NCBI GenBank assembly: GCA_964016885.1
Contig: OZ024750.1
Span: forward strand, 9,672,001 to 9,736,000
DNA from: Eledone cirrhosa
Taxonomy: Eukaryota
Length of the DNA: 64,000 nt
Direction: 5' to 3'
Position numbers and translations under genes: made by a program. Positions 1 to 13,008 of the stretch are shown one piece after another; position 1 is the stretch's first letter; each line of letters starts with the position of its first letter. The notes under the pieces were generated by a model, which was not told the DNA's origin, searched no databases, and saw only the letters and a list, made by a program, of their open reading frames with translations.

Positions 1-631
1 AGGTTAAATTATACAGGTTTTTCCTTATTATTTTAGTGTTTTTCTTCAAATGAAGCAATGATCAGAGCAGATCAAGGTGCAAATTTAGACAGCATTCAAT
101 TGTAAAATGATCATTAATCAAAAAGAAAATTATAGATTTATTTTTTTTTATTTTTTGGTTATTATTGTTTCCGCAGTAAAACTGATTGATCTTTTAGTAT
201 TTTGTTATTTTGGTTATTTTGTTTTAGTTTTTTATTTGTTTCTATTTACATCTATTTAATATCAGTTCTCTGATGTTCTGCGTACATCATTATAGGTTAA
301 TGGCCGTATTCTTTTCAACTCTATTCACCAGAAAATTATTTTGATTTTGATGCTCAATCATTTTCTCAACTCAACAACACTCATGTAACAGTTTTTTTCT
401 GAGTTGATACCAAACATTACACACGCACATGCACACACATACACGCATGCACGCACGCACACACACACGCACACACACGCACACACACACACACACATCA
501 CATACACACAACAGATCATAGGTAGGTAGTACATGGGTCAATGAGAGAACCTCTATGTGGTCACTCAGCCTGCTAGAAATAGATACAAAATAATATTCAT
601 AGCTCTGTGTTGGTTGGATCATAGTTTAGAG

Positions 632-794
632 CTGGTATCGGCAACCTTTTTTGAGCAGTGGGCCACATAGGATGTGGCTCATCATAAGGTGGGCCGCACT
701 ACTAAAAAATTTAAGGCCATTTTGAAATGAAGTGTCATTCAGAACGGCAAATAGGCTGCATTGTAGCTCACAGAATGCAGTTTGCCTATGACTG
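632..794. mobile_element. Degenerate hAT (Charlie-like) MITE
   Basis: Ends ctggtatcggcaacc ... gtttgcctatgactg resemble the CAGnGnTCGGCAAAC-type hAT TIR. Flanks gtttagag / atttagtg resemble a degenerate nTnTAGAn 8-bp TSD. Confidence 0.55.
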
Positions 795-980
795 ATTTAG
801 TGTGAACAGAGTTTTGGATGGTAATTAGAGTGAGAGAAAGAAGCCAACCAGTTAGGATTCCTCACTGCTTGAATGTTCACAAGTTATATAATCTTAATAG
901 AGGACAGATCTTCAGAGTCATTTACTCTGCATCAAAGATATAACATGAGAAAAGTTTCAAGGTGAAGTTTCCTAATTTGA

Positions 981-2091
981 ATTGGAAACCTTTAAAATGG
1001 GTGGTTTTATTTCATAGAACCAGAGCTGGTTTTGGCCGGGTTGATAAGATAGTAACTTAATGTAAGGTTTGTATTTAAAATTATTTTGGAAGATTTTAAT
1101 TTAAATAGGAACACCCTATTTCAATTAATTAATAAAGAATTTTGAGGGATTTCCTAAAATTATCAATTATTTCATTTCTAAGATAGTAAATTAATGTAAG
1201 GTTCTTATATAAAATTATGCTGGAAGATTTCAATTTAAATTGGAAACCTTTAAAATGGGTGGTTTTATTTCATAGAACCAGAGCTGGTTTTGGCCGGGTT
1301 GATAAGATAGTAACTTAATGTAAGGTTTGTATTTAAAATTATTTTGGAAGATTTTAATTTAAATAGGAACACCCTATTTCAATTAATTAATAAAGAATTT
1401 TGAGGGATTTCCTAAAATTATCAATTATTTCATTTCTAAGATAGTAAATTAATGTAAGGTTCTTATATAAAATTATGCTGGAAGATTTCAATTTAAATTG
1501 GAAACCTTTAAAATGGGTGGTTTTATTTCATAGAACCAGAGCTGGTTTTGGCCGGGTTGATAAGATAGTAACTTAATGTAAGGTTTGTATTTAAAATTAT
1601 TTTGGAAGATTTTAATTTAAATAGGAACACCCTATTTCAATTAATTAATAAAGAATTTTGAGGGATTTCCTAAAATTATCAATTATTTCATTTCTAAGAT
1701 AGTAAATTAATGTAAGGTTCTTATATAAAATTATGCTGGAAGATTTCAATTTAAATTGGAAACCTTTAAAATGGGTGGTTTTATTTCATAGAACCAGAGC
1801 TGGTTTTGGCCGGGTTGATAAGATAGTAACTTAATGTAAGGTTTGTATTTAAAATTATTTTGGAAGATTTTAATTTAAATAGGAACACCCTATTTCAATT
1901 AATTAATAAAGAATTTTGAGGGATTTCCTAAAATTATCAATTATTTCATTTCTAAGATAGTAAATTAATGTAAGGTTCTTATATAAAATTATGCTGGAAG
2001 ATTTCAATTTAAATTGGAAACCTTTAAAATGGGTGGTTTTATTTCATAGAACCAGAGATGGTTTTGGTCAGGTTGGTAACTAAAGGGTTAA
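981..2091. repeat. 258-bp tandem repeat, 4 essentially identical units plus a partial unit, ending in a MITE terminus (aaagggTTAA)
   Basis: attggaaacc recurs at 981, 1239, 1497, 1755 and 2013. Each unit holds two diverged copies of aagatagtaa(c/a)ttaatgtaaggtt...ggaagattt. Confidence 0.95.
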
Positions 2092-2574
2092 GTTGGTTTT
2101 TATTCAAGAACTTCTATGTGTAGTCATAGATATATAAGAAGCAAGGGTCAGAATGTTTCACAAAAATCTAAAATTACATTTACTTGAAAATATCAGTTTA
2201 GGGATTTATTTAAAATTTTCTTTGTATTTTTAAGGGGTGGGTGGAGTGATTGTTTGGAAGAAGGGTATTTTGCATTATTTTAAGAATCTTCTATAGAAAA
2301 CATTCTTTAAATCCCTCTTAAAAAAACTGAAGTATATTCTTTTAAAAATATAAAAGTAATAAAAGTGAAATATTTTCTTTAATATTGTTGTTGTTGCTGT
2401 TATTGCTGCTGTTATTGTTTTCTTTGTCTCTCATATTACAAAATCTGGTGTTTTAAAGTATACTTAAAAACAGCATTGAATATTATTTCCAAATATAAGG
2501 TTTAAACCATGCACCCAACCAAACCCACATGCTACACTCACACATACATATATGATGACATACACATAGGTATA

Positions 2575-2612
2575 TATGTACACATATATATATATATATA
2601 TATGTGCGTATG

Positions 2613-2644
<32 letters not shown>

Positions 2645-2660
2645 TAGACATTTATATATG

Positions 2661-2715
<55 letters not shown>

Positions 2716-2910
2716 CATATATTTATATATGAGTATTACACCTGCTAATCTCCTGTTTAAATTTAAATTTTATTTTAAATTTTAACTCTATTTTATTTCT
2801 CTTTGTGTTTCAATTTTACCATATATATATATATTTCTACTTTATTTTTGTCTCTTCACTCAGTTTTGTACACCTACTCTTGTGGCTTCATATATTGTTT
2901 CTGTCAATCC

Positions 2911-2973
<63 letters not shown>

Positions 2974-3233
2974 ACACACACACACACATACATACACACA
3001 CAAAAGAGCTTTTCAAATGAATGGCAAGAGTAGTTTAAGAGAAACTGCTAAATATTATGTAGGATGTACTATTTTAGTTTAAGTACTTTTTAAGGTTGCT
3101 ACGTGAAACGAAATTACTCAAAGAGTGAGATATACTGATATTAAAAATTAAAGCAGAGAAAATAGACAGAGAAAAGCATATATGCATATATATATATACA
3201 CACACATACATACATGTACAAGTATATGTATGC

Positions 3234-3274
<41 letters not shown>

Positions 3275-3330
3275 TACATATACTTGTACATGTATGTATG
3301 TGTGTGTATATATAGATATATATATATATA
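2575..3330. repeat. Compound microsatellite field (TA)n/(GA)n/(CT)n/(CA)n; similar fields recur throughout the window (e.g. 33045-33210, 56098-56600, 62370-62890, 63888-63970)
   Basis: Directly visible dinucleotide tracts; source of the [12 protein letters not shown] pseudo-ORFs. Confidence 0.95.
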
Positions 3331-3556
3331 TTAAAAACTCACATTAATCCCCTATAATTTAATTGTTTCTACTTTTGGCACAAGGCCAGCAATTACCCCA
3401 GTGTATTACTGGTGCTTTATTTTATCGACCCCATAAGGAGGAAAGACAAAGGTAACCTTGGTGGGATTGGAACCCTATAATTTAATGAGCTCAAGGAATA
3501 AATACCAGGCTCTTTATAAGATAATATATAGAGAAAAATACACAAAGAAGCATGTA

Positions 3557-3903
3557 ATCATCATCATCATCATTTCATTTTACGTCCGCTTTTTCCCTGC
3601 TTGCAAAGGTGGGACGGAAACTGATGCTGGCTTGATTTCTACAGCTGGATGCCCTTCCTAACACCAACCTCATTTACAGTGAGTGCTGGGTGCTTTTTTG
3701 CCGTGGCACCTCCACGACCACTTTGCAGTGGAATGATAGGGACCCCTGTCCCTATCATCTCATTTCTACAGCTGAGTAAACTGGAGCAATGTGAAATAAA
3801 GTGTCTTGCTCAAGGAAACAACACATCACCCGGTCTAAGAATTGAACTCACAACCTTTCGATTGCAAGGCCAATGCTCTAACCACTAAGCCATGTACCTC
3901 CAT
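3557..3903 (-). mobile_element. tRNA-headed, CORE-like SINE (family B here) with RTE-type tail
   Basis: Reverse complement of the copy at 39182-39521: (cat)n tail, tttacgtccgctttttccctgcttgcaa, body, and tRNA-like head ending ctctaaccactaagcca. Confidence 0.85.
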
Positions 3904-4099
3904 GTATAATGAAATTATTGTGTAAAGTGCTCAATCATAGGGGATATAATACCACTGGAGTGAAAATCATATTATCTATGAACGGAATGGAAAATACATA
4001 AAAATTAAAAGGATAATTTAAAATGTACAGACTATTCTATTTTCACTCTGGTGGTATTATATCTCCTATAATTGAACAGATGCTTCTTTGTGTATGTTC

Positions 4100-4201
<102 letters not shown>

Positions 4202-4876
4202 TGGCTACAACTTGATTTCAAGTAATGCCGTCGCTTGATACTTAAGCATGAGTATCACAGACATGGCTCTTTACTCCTGGTAGGGACTTGCCTGTGGCCA
4301 GCAATACCATGAATCACAAAAAATGTCACATATCAAGCGATGCCTTTGCTTGAAGCTTTTTTCAGTGAGGAAAGGCTTTACATGGGGCCAATCCCACTCT
4401 CTGAACATCAAAAGTATTTACCCAAAAAGTAGAACTTGTCTACATCATTGGATGCAAATGACGTCGCAGGTTTTATATCAGAGTGACCTTCTCTTAGAGG
4501 GATGTCTTAATGAAAACTATGAGTTTCTCACTCCACAAAAACTCACACACACTCAGTACATGATGTAAAGTGGTTAGTTATAGAAAACACCAGTAATATA
4601 CTGGGATCAATTTAATCAACTTTCTCCTCCCCTAAAATTGTTGGCCTTGTGCCAAATGTAGAAGTAATTATATAAAGATCAGTGTGGGGGATTAGAAGGG
4701 TTGTTAGAGTCGTGGACAAAATACTTTGTGGTATTAAGTTAATCCCTTCTCCATTCTGTGGTCATTTTTCAACAATGGTCAACTTTGCCTTTCATCTTTC
4801 CAGAGTTGATAAAATAAAATTGAAGCACAAATTACACCAATCACTATCATCATCATCATCATTATTAAAGTCATAT

Positions 4877-5731
4877 AGGTGGTGGTGGTGGTGGCACTGG
4901 TTGGAAGGATGGTTTTGGTAGTGGCAGAGGTGGTGGTGGTGGTTGTGTCGATAGTGGTGGTGGTGAAATTGGTAATGGTAGTTATGATGGTGGTGGTGTC
5001 GGGTGGTGGTGGTAATGGTAGTTATGATGGTGGTGGTGGTGTCGGGTGGTGGTGGTAATGGTAGTTATGATAGTGGTGGTGGTGTCGGGTGGTGGTGGTA
5101 ATGGTAGTTATGATGGTGGTGGTGTCGGGTGGTGGTGGTAATGGTAGTTATGATGGTGGTGGTGTCGGGTGGTGGTGGTAATGGTAGCTATGGTAGTGGT
5201 TGTAGCAATAATAGTTATGGTGATAATGATAGTTATGGTGGGGGTGGTGATGGTAGTTATAATGGGGGTTGTAATGGTAGTTATGATGGTGGTGGTGGCA
5301 ATGGTAGTCATGGTGGTGGTGGTAGTTATGGTGGTGGCAATGGTAGTTATGGGGGTGGCGATGGTAGTTGCCGTGGTGGTGGTGCTGGTAATGATAGTTA
5401 TGGTGGTGGTGGTGGTGGTGGTGCCAGTAATAGTAGTTATGGTGGTGGTGCCAGTAATAGTAGTTGTGGTGGTGGTGGTGGTGGTGGTAGTTATGGTGGT
5501 GTATTGATGTTATTGTTTTGATCTGGTTGAAACTTGATCAAACAAATTTATGATCAAAGCTATTCTAGGTATTGATGATAGCAGTGTTGATATGCGGAGT
5601 GTCTGGTGGTAGTGGTGGTGGTAGTAGTAGTGGTGGTGGTGGTGATGGCGGTAGTAGTCGTGGCGGTAGTGGTAGTAGTAGTGGTGGTAGTAGCGGTGGT
5701 GGGTGATAGTAGTGGTGATGGTGGTAGTAGC

Positions 5732-5762
<31 letters not shown>
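4877..5762. repeat. (GGT/GAT/AGT)n low-complexity tract including a ~39-42-bp higher-order unit at 4970-5185
   Basis: Visible trinucleotide repeats. The unit ggtaatggtagttatgatggtggtggtgtcgggtggtggt repeats about 5 times. Confidence 0.9.
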
Positions 5763-6218
5763 CATCTGGTAGTTATCTAATCATTACCATTATCCTAAGA
5801 AGTTTTATTATTAAAGACTTAGTCAGGTCTGGTCTGAACTGAGTTGAATTCAACTGGAATATTACAACAAAATATGGAGTTATTTCCCTTGAAAGAAACT
5901 TTTAAAAAAAAAAAGATTAACCATAAAATATTACACAAAAACAAAACCAAAACAATAACTAAAAATAAGACATATAATACTCCTGACAAAATCCAGCTAA
6001 AATTCCTGTATGAAAACATAACATGCTGACATATTAACTATAAAAGTACCTTGTGGTTATTGCTGATAAGGATTCTCTTAAAACCAGCAACCAATAAACT
6101 TTGTCAGGCTTATCACTAATAATTCCTTTCTATTCACTAATAATAATTTCTTTATTCTTTAAAATATCACTTTTACTCTTATTAAATAAAGCTCCATTGT
6201 GATTACAGAGTTATTAAA

Positions 6219-6886
6219 TTAACCCTTTTATCACCATATTTCTAACATAACCCTTTTGTCTCCATACTTCTAACATAAATTAACCCTTTCGTCACTATAA
6301 TTCTAAAATAAATATTAACCCTTTTGTCCCCATATTGCTAACATAACCCTTTTCTCACCATATTTCTAACAACCCTTTTGTCATTATATTTCTAAAATAA
6401 ATATTAACTCTTTTGTCACCATGTTTCTAACATAACATTTTTATCACCATATTTCTAAAATAACCCTTTTGTCACCATATTTCTAACATAACCCATTTGT
6501 CACCATATTTCTAAAATAACCCTTTTCTCACCATATTTCTAATATAACCCTTTTCGCACCATATTTCTAAAATAACCCTTTTCTCACCATATTTCTAAAA
6601 TAATTCTTTTCTCACCATATTTCTAACATAACACTTTTCTTACCATATTTCTAAAATAACCCTTTTCTCACCATATTTCTAATATAACCCTTTTCTCACC
6701 ATATTTCTAAAATAACCCTTTTCTCACCATATTTCTAAAATAATTCTTTTCTCACCATATTTCTAACATAACCCTTTTCTCACCATATTTCTAACATAAC
6801 CCTTTTCTCACCATACTTCTAACATAACCCTTTACTCACCATATTTCTAAAAAAAAATATTAACCCTTTTGTCACTATATTTCTAC
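6219..6886. repeat. 28-bp minisatellite (ataacccttttctcaccatatttctaaa)n, roughly two dozen units, made from a TTAA-CCC MITE terminus
   Basis: Period of 28 (e.g. 6516 to 6544). The array begins TTAAcccttttatcaccatatttct, the reverse complement of the terminus agaaatatggtca..aaagggTTAA seen near 32252-32275 and 51080-51104. Confidence 0.9.
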
Positions 6887-7801
6887 TTCTAACAGGAATA
6901 TTAATGCTTTTGTGTTTTAATATTCAAAGTATTTGAAAATTGTTGAGTGGCTGTTCCAGTACATCTCCCTTGCCATCCTCCGGGGTCAATATATTCTCCA
7001 GCCTGTCAGTCAGGACCCAGGGGCAAAGGATACATTAGTTGGATGTGGAGGAAACTCATTCTGACATCACACATTCCTCATCTAAACACGCTTCATTTAA
7101 TGAAATAACTTTAAACTTCAGAATAATTTCTAAATCAGGCACAAGATCAGCAATTTGTGGGGAGGAGAGCAGGAAAGTCGATCATACAAACCCAAATATT
7201 TTACTGGTATTTCATTTTTATTGAACTGAGGTATCTTTCAAACATGTGGCATGTAGCAATTCCATTTTTAATTCCTTCTTACAGTCACTTCTCCATGTAC
7301 TCCTCCTCTTTCATTCTTTTCTGTATTTCGAAAATCCCTCTCTCTCACTCTCTCTCCCTCTCAATCATTCTCTCCCCCTCCCTCTCTTTCTCTCTCTGGG
7401 TTCTCTGGCAGTTCCAACAGTCTTGCCAAATGACACAACACAATGTCAGCAATACATGTAATACATGGGACATTAACACCCCCACCCCACCCCACCCCCG
7501 GGCCCGAGATCAGATGACATAAGACCTTTGACCCCTCACCATTGAAGGGGTCAACAAATTTATCACTTCAACAACTGTAACAACTCTACTGTAACAAGCC
7601 CTAAATAATCTCCTATGAAACCCTTAAAAGTTTATTTAATTATTGTATTCCACAGGAAACCCTTAACTTCTATCAAGCAATCCTTATTTGACCCCTACAT
7701 TGACATGTGGTGTATGTCCAAGAAAAGGGGAGTCATTGATAAAATATGAACCTTGAACGATTCAAAGGGTTAATTTAATTGCCTCGTTATTGTTTATTAT
7801 T

Positions 7802-7989
7802 GGTAGATTGGCAGTATCGGTAGAGGGTCAGACACCATGCTTTGAGCATAGAGTTACGGCCCTTTCCATTTTGAGTTCAAATCCCGCCAAGATTAACTTT
7901 GCCTTTCATCCTTACGGGGTCGATAAAATAAAGTACCAGTAATGCACTGCGTAATTGCTGGCCTTGTGCCAAAAGTAGAAACAATTATT
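7802..7989 (+). mobile_element. tRNA-derived SINE family A
   Basis: A-box-like tggcagtatcgg, B-box-like gagttcaaatccc, body gcctttcatccttacggggtcgataaaataaagtaccag, tail ggccttgtgccaaaagtagaaacaattatt. Confidence 0.9.
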
Positions 7990-8505
7990 TCTTAATTATA
8001 TCTACTTCAACAATAACATCAACAACAACAACTACAACTACTGGATTATTGTTATTATTATTATCATCATCCCCATCACTGCCACCAATACCACCAGCAC
8101 TATCATTACAACTACCACCACCACCACCACTGTAATGCACCATTACAACTATCATCACAACTACCACCACTACCATTATCACCACCAACATTATCACTAC
8201 AATCCACCCACCCCCCACCACCACCCCACCACCATCACCACTGCATCACCACTACCACCACTACACCCACCACCACCACTATTATCACCACTGTAACTAT
8301 AACCATCAACTATACTGCTTTTAAATTCCACCACTACTATTAATGCCACTATTACCACCACTACTACTACCACTAGCACCACCACTACCACCACTACTAC
8401 CACCACCACCACCACCACTGCTATTAAATTCTTTCATAACCACCACCACTACCATTACTGCCACTATTACCACCACCACTATCACTATCAGCACTACCAC
8501 CACTA
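7990..8505. repeat. (CCA/CTA)n low-complexity tract
   Basis: Visible trinucleotide repeats. Confidence 0.9.
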
Positions 8506-8519
8506 TAGAAGCCAACACA

Positions 8520-8740
8520 GAAGCCTCTATGAAGTCGCTTGACCTGCTAGAAATAGCAGCCAAATCTATCTCAAATTATACCCTACCATCTTAAAAGAGG
8601 ACACATTAGATAATGTGGTCCCAGTTCCCTGCACACAAGAACACGATGGCTGTATGGGGTGGGTGGAGGACTCGTAAATGGGGAATACCTTTGATCAAAG
8701 GTCTGCTCAGTCCGTGTTGACCTAGGTTTAACAACAACAA
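8520..8740 (+). mobile_element. Older dispersed SINE-like repeat (family D); other copies near 545-610, 27860-28070, 30780-30915, 35640-35830, 36745-37000, 51930-52070
   Basis: Shared motifs gacctgctagaaatagcagccaaatct and tttgatcaaaggtctgct...ctaggtttaacaacaaca, found in both orientations. Confidence 0.7.
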
Positions 8741-9759
8741 CTGCTACTATTAACACTGCTATTACTACCAACATCAACATTATATCTATTATTGTCATCT
8801 CTATTAACTGTTACTATATTATTTTACCACTGCTAACACTTGGTCTTACTATCCCCCCCCCCCCCCACACACACACACAACCGCTACCCCCTTGCTATCA
8901 CCTCCACCGCTACCCCCTTACTATAACCCCCACTCACACATAATTACCAAGAGTATATCTGCTGCCATCATCAATATTACTATAATTAACACCACTAACA
9001 CCACCACCATTAACACCACCACCATTAACACTACCACGATTACTATATAAAGTAAACAGGGACATCTTTGGAAATTTTAATATTCAAAATGGTGAATTCA
9101 CAGGGTTGTTACAATGGTGGATAGAAGTTTGTGGAATTCGTTCAAATCCCGCTGAGGTCAACTTTGCTTTTCATCCATTCTAGATTGATAAAAAAAAAAG
9201 TACCAGTCAAGTACTGGAGTCGATTCTTCTTCTCTATATATCTCTCTCTCTTTCTCTCTTTCAGAGTAGAGAGCTGGAATGAATACCACAAAGTATTCTA
9301 TCTGACATTCTAACAACTCTACCAATTTTTCCACTGATAACCAACAAAAATACCATTTGTAAGAAACAAGTGATGAAACACTGGAGAGGTTTAAAATGTT
9401 TTAATCATGTGAGTTTCAACAGCACTGCAATGATGTAAAGTAATGACATTAAGCACATTTTAACAAATTGATCGTTTTCACTTTCAATCAAATTTTCTAT
9501 TTGCCCAAATTCAATTAAAGCTTAGACATTTGCTTTCATTTGCTTTCACTCATACACAGTTTTAGAATACTAGTGATTTGCCATTTAGATTACTAGTGAC
9601 TTGTTATTGAAACTGAGCAAGTTTACTTCACTATTGTCTGTATCAATAATAGTTAACTACCATGACATCATTGTCTATATAATGTATTAGACAGCTTCAA
9701 CTGCAGTAATCTTGAGCACGTTTCTGAACTATCAACGTCTTGTACAACATAAAACTGCA

Positions 9760-9982
9760 TTAACCCTTTAGCATTTAAACCAGCCATATCCGGCCAGAAT
9801 TCTCTCACCTCTTTCTGATCAAACTGGCAGTAACTGGCTGCTGATACTGTAGTTAAGGAATTGTTCTCAAAATAAATAACATCAAAACCTCGTAGATTTT
9901 GATATTATGTAAGATAAAGCCTTTATCACAATAATACAATTGTATATATATATATAGAATAATGTAAATGCTAAAGGGTTAA
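9760..9982 (+). mobile_element. piggyBac-like MITE (TTAA target, 14-bp TIR ccctttagcattta)
   Basis: TTAA-ccctttagcattta ... taaatgctaaaggg-TTAA. Homologous copies at 31689, 44192 and 58472. Confidence 0.85.
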
Positions 9983-10266
9983 CAAAGCATTCTTTAAAAG
10001 CTCAAAACAGATCTATGACTGCAACACATTAAAAATTTGTCTTTACTTTCTGATACTGTAAATTTCCACAACAATCTGACCACTACCAAATATACTATAA
10101 ATATTTGAATTAACAAACCTGTTTTCAGATATTTTCAACTAAATCATTACAGGATGTTATGAGTTAAAATAGATATTGTCTCCACTACTATGTAGTGTGT
10201 TAATGATGCATATTAAACTCCAATAAATATGGTAGCCATATCTTTTTCCTTAGCATTATTCCTTTA

Positions 10267-10459
10267 GAGTGGCGGATTGGCAGTATCGGTAGAGGGTCGG
10301 ACGCCATGCTTTGCAGCAAAGAGTTACGGCCCTTTATGGTCTGAGCTCAAATCCCGCCGAGGTTAACTTTGCCTTTCATCCTTACGGGGTCGATAAAATA
10401 AAGTACCAGTAATGCACTGGGTAATTGCTGGCCTTGTGCCAAAAGTAGAAACAATTATT
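10267..10459 (+). mobile_element. Full-length SINE family A with 12-bp TSD
   Basis: Same sequence as the 7802 copy. attattccttta occurs at 10255-10266 and 10454-10465. Confidence 0.92.
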
Positions 10460-10774
10460 CCTTTATTTCATAGAGAGAAAAAGGCTCTGTGTGTGTGTGT
10501 ATCACTGGCAGTGCCCCAGTATGGCCTCAGCCTGGCGTCTGGAACACGATATAGAAATAGAAAATTGAATGTGTGACACAATGTTTGTGTGTATGTGTTA
10601 GCAGTAATATTGAGTGCTACATTATTGATGTAATGACAACACTGTATTTGGTATGTTATTTCATCTGTTGTTCGAGTCCCAGAACTGACTTAAGATTTGT
10701 GTTCTATCATGTAAAGTTATCCCCATTGCATATTGGCAAGTTGACTAGTACTTTATTTTATTAACCCTGGAAAG

Positions 10775-10925
10775 AATTGTTTCTACTTTTGGCACAAGAC
10801 CAGCATTTACCTCAGTACATTACTGGTGCTTTATTTTATTGACCCTGTAAGGATGAAAGACAAAGTTAACCTCTGCAGGATTTGAACTCAGTCCATAAAG
10901 GGGCATAACTCTATGCTGCAAAGCA
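10775..10925 (-). mobile_element. SINE family A, reverse orientation; further reverse copies at 3361-3480, 21437-21610, 41023-41196
   Basis: Reverse complement of the family A tail and body. Confidence 0.85.
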
Positions 10926-11843
10926 TATAAAAGGTAAAGGTGACCTTGGAAGAATTTGAACTCAGAATATAAAGAACCAGAACAAATACTGGAAGACATT
11001 TTGTCTGATTGTCTTATGATTCCACAAATCTTTTGCAGTCTGGAAAATTCATTTAGTAAAGTTTGTAAATTTAGATAAATTTGTATGCTATGAGGAAATG
11101 TGAGTTACTGACATTTAAAGAGAGAAATATTTCCAAGATGAACATTTTTTTTTCTCTTCAAAGGAAAGATTTGCTATAAATGTCAGTACTTACATTTATC
11201 CAAACTTATACAAAGTTGTGAACTTATTATAACATATTGGCAATATATAATATATATAATAAATGTAACTTCGAAGTCACTGCTTTCCTACTAAGAAAAA
11301 GGAAATTTACACCCAACTCACGAGGACTGATTGCTCATTCAGTTAATGTTTGACTATCTTAACTACTATGGTATTTCAAACACACATTCATATATATATA
11401 TATATATGTGTGTGTGTGTATGTATGTATTACCAAACCATCAAGTATGGTTTAATAATTGTTATGGAATTAACTCTATACCCAACTCGTCCTTCAGACTG
11501 AGTGCTCTACTAACTTTGGATATAAACCTTCTGATTTTTCACTACAGTATATATATGATATAGAGAGAGAAAGAGGTAATATCCCAATTGTTATGCCCAA
11601 GTTCAATCAAGGGTAACCACAGTTAGTAAGGTACACAAAACATGATATATATACATATATATTTAAAGAGATCGTAAATGCACTTGTAGCTTTGGGGAAT
11701 TTTATTTACAATAACTTTACAGGTTCAGCGATTTTTGACGATTTTCAAAAGTGACAAGGAAAGACATGAAGTTGTGCTTGTCTTGCTCACGTCTGAGTGG
11801 AGAGAGAACCTGGCTCAAAGCGACGTTTGTGTAAAATGCCATT

Positions 11844-11868
11844 TGATTGGTTGAAATGATCACGTGAT
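11844..11868. promoter_or_regulatory. Candidate promoter module: CCAAT box (ATTGG) plus palindromic E-box ATCACGTGAT, 10 bp apart
   Basis: tgATTGGttgaaatgatCACGTGat lies in unique, locally CpG-retaining sequence (about 11670-11935). Confidence 0.45.
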
Positions 11869-12849
11869 TAGACAGAATTTTGTGAGTTCACCATTACGTT
11901 TGGGCATTCCAAGAAAACAAAAAAAAAAAGACCGATTTCAATACATCTAGTGGCAATATGAAGAATATTTGTATGTATAATATCTGTTTTCTTCTACATC
12001 TGTTGAAGCTATTATTTCAGAAATTAAGGACCGAAATACTTGCTTAAGGTGTGTGTGGGGGGGGGGGGGGGGGGGGTATCTTTGACCAGAAGATCTTCTG
12101 CTGTCCAGCTCTCCTGAGAATGTCTTACCATTCAATACATCAAGTGGTAAGACGAATGAGAAATGTTTTGTATGGGTAAGATATGTTCTGTTATGTCCGC
12201 TCACTAGTGACATGTGAGAAGAGCGTCGGATACCATGTTTTACGTAATAGAGTTACGCCCCTTTATGATCTGAGTTCAAATCCCGCCAAAGCTAGCTTTG
12301 CCTTTCATCCTTACAGGGTAAGGTAAAGTACCAGTGACGTACTGGAGTCAATTTAATCGCCTTTCCGCTCCCCCAAAGTTGTTGGTCATGTGCCTACATC
12401 AAAAACCATGATTATGTCCAAAGTTGAGGTTGTCGTCTGCTTAATTCCAACATGTCAAATGGTAGAATGAACAAAGATTCTGTTTGAGTAGTTAGTTGTT
12501 AGTGAATGTAATTTGTAATGTTTATTCAGACGTGGTTCGTATTCATGTTTGTTCTGTGATATTGTCTGAATAAAGGTAAATTGGGAAAGACTTGGAACTT
12601 GGATAAGGGAACATATTTGTCACACGTAAGTCTAAGGGAGTATATACATAAGTAACATTATAAATTGCTCGCAATTCGTACAGAAGAACATTACAAATAT
12701 AATGGCGTTGGTAAACACAAATATATACGTGTAAAAAAAAAAAAGAGAGAAAAAGTGGGAGGGGGACAAAAACGACCCTTAATTCAGCAGCAAGTGCGAC
12801 AATGGGCCCCACATCACATGTTAAAGGTTAATTAAACACTTTAAGGCAA

Positions 12850-12958
12850 GCCAGCATGATCGCAGCATTGCTAGATGTCAACTCAATGGAACCTGTCTTG
12901 TCCTGCGGTCTCGTATATGTTGACAATGGGTTATCATTCTGTTTCTGGGAGTAAGTTT

Positions 12959-13008
<50 letters not shown>

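Noticed and set aside
5129-5521. Gly-rich ORF (GGGGNGSYGG...) resembling a structural protein such as a suckerin or shell glycine-rich protein
   Set aside because: It lies in a (GGT/GAT/AGT)n microsatellite that is open in several frames on both strands; no signal peptide or splice context.
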